Virus record (IMG/VR): IMGVR_UViG_2667527592_000001 | Direction: 5' to 3' (one strand) | DNA from: a virus | Taxonomy: Duplodnaviria; Heunggongvirae; Uroviricota; Caudoviricetes | DNA: 8,874 nucleotides | In this document: positions 6,009 to 8,874 of the stretch, in pieces | How the letters are laid out: each line of letters begins with the position of its first letter | Numbering within the stretch: position 1 is the stretch's first letter | Translations under genes and position numbers: made by a program | Notes under the pieces: generated by a model | Database searches by the model: none | What the model saw: the letters and a program-made list of their open reading frames with translations, nothing else | What the model was told of the DNA's origin: nothing

Positions 6009-8846
6009 ATGGCAGTACGGATTTCAGGTGTACTGAAAGATGGCGCAGGTAAGCCGATACAAAACTGCACCATTCAGCTAAAGGCCAGGCGCAACAGCAC
6101 CACGGTGGTGGTGAACACAGTGGCCTCAGAAAACCCGGATGAAGCCGGGCGTTACACAATGGACGTCGAGTATGGTCAGTACAGCGTCAGTCTGTTGGTG
6201 GAGGGATTCCCGCCGTCACACGCCGGGATTATCACCGTATATGAGGACTCAAAGCCGGGCACACTGAATGATTTCCTCGGTGCCATGACGGAGGATGATG
6301 TCCGGCCAGAGGCACTGCGCCGTTTTGAACTGATGGTGGAAGAGGTGGCGCGTAACGCGTCCGCAGTGACACAGAACACGGCAGCCGCGAAGAAGTCAGT
6401 CAGCGATGCCAGCACATCAGCCCGTGAGGCGGCAACCCATGCGACTGATGCTGCAGGCTCAGCACGCGCAGCCAGCACGTCAGCCGGACAGGCCGCGACG
6501 TCGGCTCAGTCAGCGTCTTCCAGCGCAGTAACGGCATCAACAAAGGCCACTGAAGCATCAAAAAGTGCTGCCGCTGCAGAGTCCTCAAAAAGCGCGGCGG
6601 CTACCAGTGCCGGTGCGGCGAAAACGTCAGAAACGAATGCGGCAGCGTCACAACAATCAGCAGCCACTTCTGCATCCACCGCGACCACGAAAGCGTCAGA
6701 AGCTGCCTCCTCAGCCCGGGATGCGTCGGCTTCAAAAGAGGCAGCGAAATCATCAGAAACGAACGCATCATCAAGCGCCAGTAGTGCCGCTTCCTCGGCA
6801 ACGGCGGCAGGAAATTCCGCGAAGGCGGCAAAAACGTCCGAGACAAACGCTAGGTCTTCTGAGACGGCAGCGGGACAGAGCGCCTCAGCTGCGGCAGGCT
6901 CAAAAACAGCGGCTGCATCATCTGCCAGCGCCGCGTCAACAAGTGCCGGGCAGGCCTCAGCCAGTGCCACCGCTGCCGGAAAGTCGGCAGAAAGTGCCGC
7001 ATCGTCTGCTTCAACAGCCACAACGAAGGCTGGCGAAGCCACTGAACAGGCCAGTGCAGCAGCGAGGTCTGCTTCCGCAGCGAAGACATCCGAAACGAAC
7101 GCGAAAGCGTCGGAAACCAGCGCAGAATCCTCAAAAACGGCTGCCGCATCGTCAGCCAGTTCGGCGGCGTCATCGGCATCATCGGCGTCTGCTTCAAAAG
7201 ATGAGGCGACCAGACAGGCGTCAGCAGCGAAGAGCAGCGCCACGACGGCATCCACGAAGGCGACAGAGGCTGCTGGCAGTGCGACGGCTGCATCTCAGAG
7301 CAAAGCTGCTGCTGAATCCGCGGCAACGCGTGCCGAAACAGCGGCAAAACGGGCAGAGGATATTGCTGATGCCGTATCTCTGGAAGATGCGAGCACGACG
7401 AAAAAAGGGGTGGTTCAGCTTAGTAGTGCAACCAACAGCACGTCTGAAACACTGGCTGCGACACCGAAAGCGGTTAAGGCGGTAATGGATGAAACAAATA
7501 AGAAAGCCCCATTAAACAGCCCGACGCTGACCGGAACGCCAACAACACCAACTGCGCCAAAGGGTACTAATAATACTCAGATCGCAAGCACGGCTTATGT
7601 GATGGCCGCTATTGCCGCACTTGTAGATTCGTCACCTGATGCACTGAACACGCTGAACGAGCTGGCTGCGGCGCTGGGCAACGACCCGAATTTTGCGACC
7701 ACCATGACTAACGCGCTTGCGGGTAAGCAACCGAAAGATGCCACCCTGACGGCGCTGGCCGGGCTTGCTACTGCGGCAGACAGGTTTCCGTATTTTACGG
7801 GGAATGATGTCGCCAGCCTGGCAACCCTGACAAAAGTCGGGCGGGATATTCTTGCGAAATCGACCATTGCCGCCGTTATCGAATACCTCGGTTTACAGGA
7901 AACGGTAAATCAGGCTTCTGGCGCATTACAGAAAAACCAGAACGGCGCAGATATTCCAGGAAAAGATACCTTCACCAAAAATATTGGTGCCTGCCGCGCA
8001 TATAGCGCATGGCTGAATATTGGTGGCAATAGTCAGGTCTGGACAACCGCGCAATTTATTTCGTGGCTGGAGAGTCAGGGAGCATTTAACCATCCTTACT
8101 GGATGTGCAAAGGCTCATGGGCTTATGCAAACAATAAGGTCATTACAGATACAGGTTGCGGAAATATTTGTCTTGCAGGTGCTGTGGTGGAAGTTATTGG
8201 CACTCGCGGCGCAATGACCATACGCGTTACTACTCCGAGTACGTCCAGCGGCGGCGGAATCACTAACGCTCAATTCACTTATATTAATCATGGTGATGCT
8301 TATGCTCCTGGCTGGCGAAGAGACTACAATACGAAAAACCAGCAGCCTGCATTTGCTTTAGGGCAAACAGGAAGCAGGGTTGCAAATGATAAAGCTGTTG
8401 GCTGGAACTGGAATAGCGGCGTTTATGATGCAGATATCAGTGGTGCATCGACATTAATCCTCCACTTTAATATGAATGCGGGGAGTTGCCCTGCTGTACA
8501 GTTCCGCGTGAATTATAAGAACGGCGGTATTTTTTATCGTTCAGCGCGTGATGGTTATGGCTTTGAAGCTAACTGGTCAGAGTTTTACACCACAACCCGC
8601 AAACCCTCTGCGGGAGATGTTGGTGCATATACGCAGGCAGAATGTAACTCAAGGTTTATTACAGGTATTCGCCTTGGCGGTCTGTCATCTGTTCAGACAT
8701 GGAATGGTCCCGGCTGGTCTGACAGGTCAGGTTATGTCGTTACGGGTTCAGTTAACGGAAACCGTGATGAATTAATTGATACAACTCAGGCAAGGCCAAT
8801 TCAGTATTGCATTAATGGAACGTGGTATAACGCGGGGAGTATTTAA
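6009..8846 (+). CDS. stf: Side tail fibre protein (Stf-like): lambda-Stf-like N-terminus, long Ala/Ser/Thr-rich repeat shaft, conserved fibre motif, distinct C-terminal tip
   Basis: 945-codon uninterrupted ORF; ATG 6009 is preceded by a G-run at 5997-6005. N-terminus MAVRISGVLKDGAGKPIQNCTIQLKARRNSTTVVVNTV...DEAGRYTMDVEYGQYSV matches the lambda Stf N-terminus as I recall it. KGVVQLSSATNSTSETLAATPKAVKAVMDETNKKAPL (nt ~7404-7508) is a motif shared by several tail-fibre proteins. Stop TAA at 8844-8846. Confidence 0.93.
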   Translation: MAVRISGVLKDGAGKPIQNCTIQLKARRNSTTVVVNTVASENPDEAGRYTMDVEYGQYSVSLLVEGFPPSHAGIITVYEDSKPGTLNDFLGAMTEDDVRPEALRRFELMVEEVARNASAVTQNTAAAKKSVSDASTSAREAATHATDAAGSARAASTSAGQAATSAQSASSSAVTASTKATEASKSAAAAESSKSAAATSAGAAKTSETNAAASQQSAATSASTATTKASEAASSARDASASKEAAKSSETNASSSASSAASSATAAGNSAKAAKTSETNARSSETAAGQSASAAAGSKTAAASSASAASTSAGQASASATAAGKSAESAASSASTATTKAGEATEQASAAARSASAAKTSETNAKASETSAESSKTAAASSASSAASSASSASASKDEATRQASAAKSSATTASTKATEAAGSATAASQSKAAAESAATRAETAAKRAEDIADAVSLEDASTTKKGVVQLSSATNSTSETLAATPKAVKAVMDETNKKAPLNSPTLTGTPTTPTAPKGTNNTQIASTAYVMAAIAALVDSSPDALNTLNELAAALGNDPNFATTMTNALAGKQPKDATLTALAGLATAADRFPYFTGNDVASLATLTKVGRDILAKSTIAAVIEYLGLQETVNQASGALQKNQNGADIPGKDTFTKNIGACRAYSAWLNIGGNSQVWTTAQFISWLESQGAFNHPYWMCKGSWAYANNKVITDTGCGNICLAGAVVEVIGTRGAMTIRVTTPSTSSGGGITNAQFTYINHGDAYAPGWRRDYNTKNQQPAFALGQTGSRVANDKAVGWNWNSGVYDADISGASTLILHFNMNAGSCPAVQFRVNYKNGGIFYRSARDGYGFEANWSEFYTTTRKPSAGDVGAYTQAECNSRFITGIRLGGLSSVQTWNGPGWSDRSGYVVTGSVNGNRDELIDTTQARPIQYCINGTWYNAGSI
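6340..7375 (+). repeat. Low-complexity, imperfectly repeated Ala/Ser/Thr-rich tract inside stf, including four copies of a ~24-27-nt unit encoding A-K-(T/S)-S-E-T-N-A
   Basis: Units begin at ~6618 (gcgaaaacgtcagaaacgaatgcggca), ~6744 (gcgaaatcatcagaaacgaacgcatca), ~6828 (gcaaaaacgtccgagacaaacgct) and ~7080 (gcgaagacatccgaaacgaacgcgaaa), all in the stf frame with synonymous and near-synonymous differences. Related units such as TSAGQA and KSAAA also recur. Confidence 0.85.
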
Positions 8847-8848
8847 TT

Positions 8849-8874
8849 ATGATGCACTTAAAAAATATTACTGC
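8849..8874 (+). CDS. tfa: Start of a probable tail fibre assembly (chaperone) gene, 3'-truncated by the window edge
   Basis: ATGATG at 8849-8854 lies 2 nt after the stf stop, with GGGGAG at 8834-8839 as a possible Shine-Dalgarno. It opens a frame reading MMHLKNIT to the window end. The position matches lambdoid stf-tfa arrangement and the N-terminal peptide resembles Tfa-family starts as I recall them. Only 8 codons are visible. Confidence 0.5.

Noticed and set aside
6506-7485. Minus-strand 249-aa ORF (6506-7255) and + strand alternate-frame 306-aa ORF (6565-7485), plus several smaller ORFs in the same region
   Set aside because: All lie within the stf Ala/Ser/Thr repeat tract. Their translations are extreme low-complexity (A/D/E-rich, or R/Q/P/K-rich) reflecting repetitive GCN/NGC codon periodicity read in other frames. 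They are shadows of the stf frame.
1-8874. Search for a novel defence or accessory system (toxin-antitoxin, restriction-like, abortive infection, CRISPR, retron or tRNA cargo)
   Set aside because: No unassigned ORF of meaningful size remains once the L-K-I-J-lom-stf-tfa genes are placed. There are no spaced direct-repeat arrays, no tRNA-like cloverleaf candidates and no inverted-repeat-bounded insertion. The only cargo-like element is lom, a well-known moron.

Overview
This window is a contiguous, single-strand (+) block from the late operon of a lambda-like (lambdoid) phage or prophage: the tail-tip and host-range module in the canonical lambda order L (3' part, cut by the window edge) - K - I - J - lom - stf - tfa (first codons only). 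Every long ORF on the + strand is accounted for by this module, and the minus-strand and alternate-frame ORFs in the track are best explained as shadows of GC-rich or repetitive coding sequence. Genes are tightly packed: the K start overlaps the L stop, and K and I overlap by 103 nt in different frames. Intrinsic-terminator-like hairpins sit between I and J, J and lom, and lom and stf. I do not see evidence for a new or undescribed system here (no defence-like cassette, toxin-antitoxin pair, CRISPR array, tRNA, integrase or IS element). The parts worth a second look are the known variable host-range determinants: the C-terminal receptor-binding end of J, the lom moron bracketed by terminators, and a 945-aa side tail fibre with a long Ala/Ser/Thr repeat tract and a compositionally distinct C-terminal tip followed by the start of its chaperone gene. 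All homology statements come from reading the translations and from memory of lambda proteins; no database search was run.
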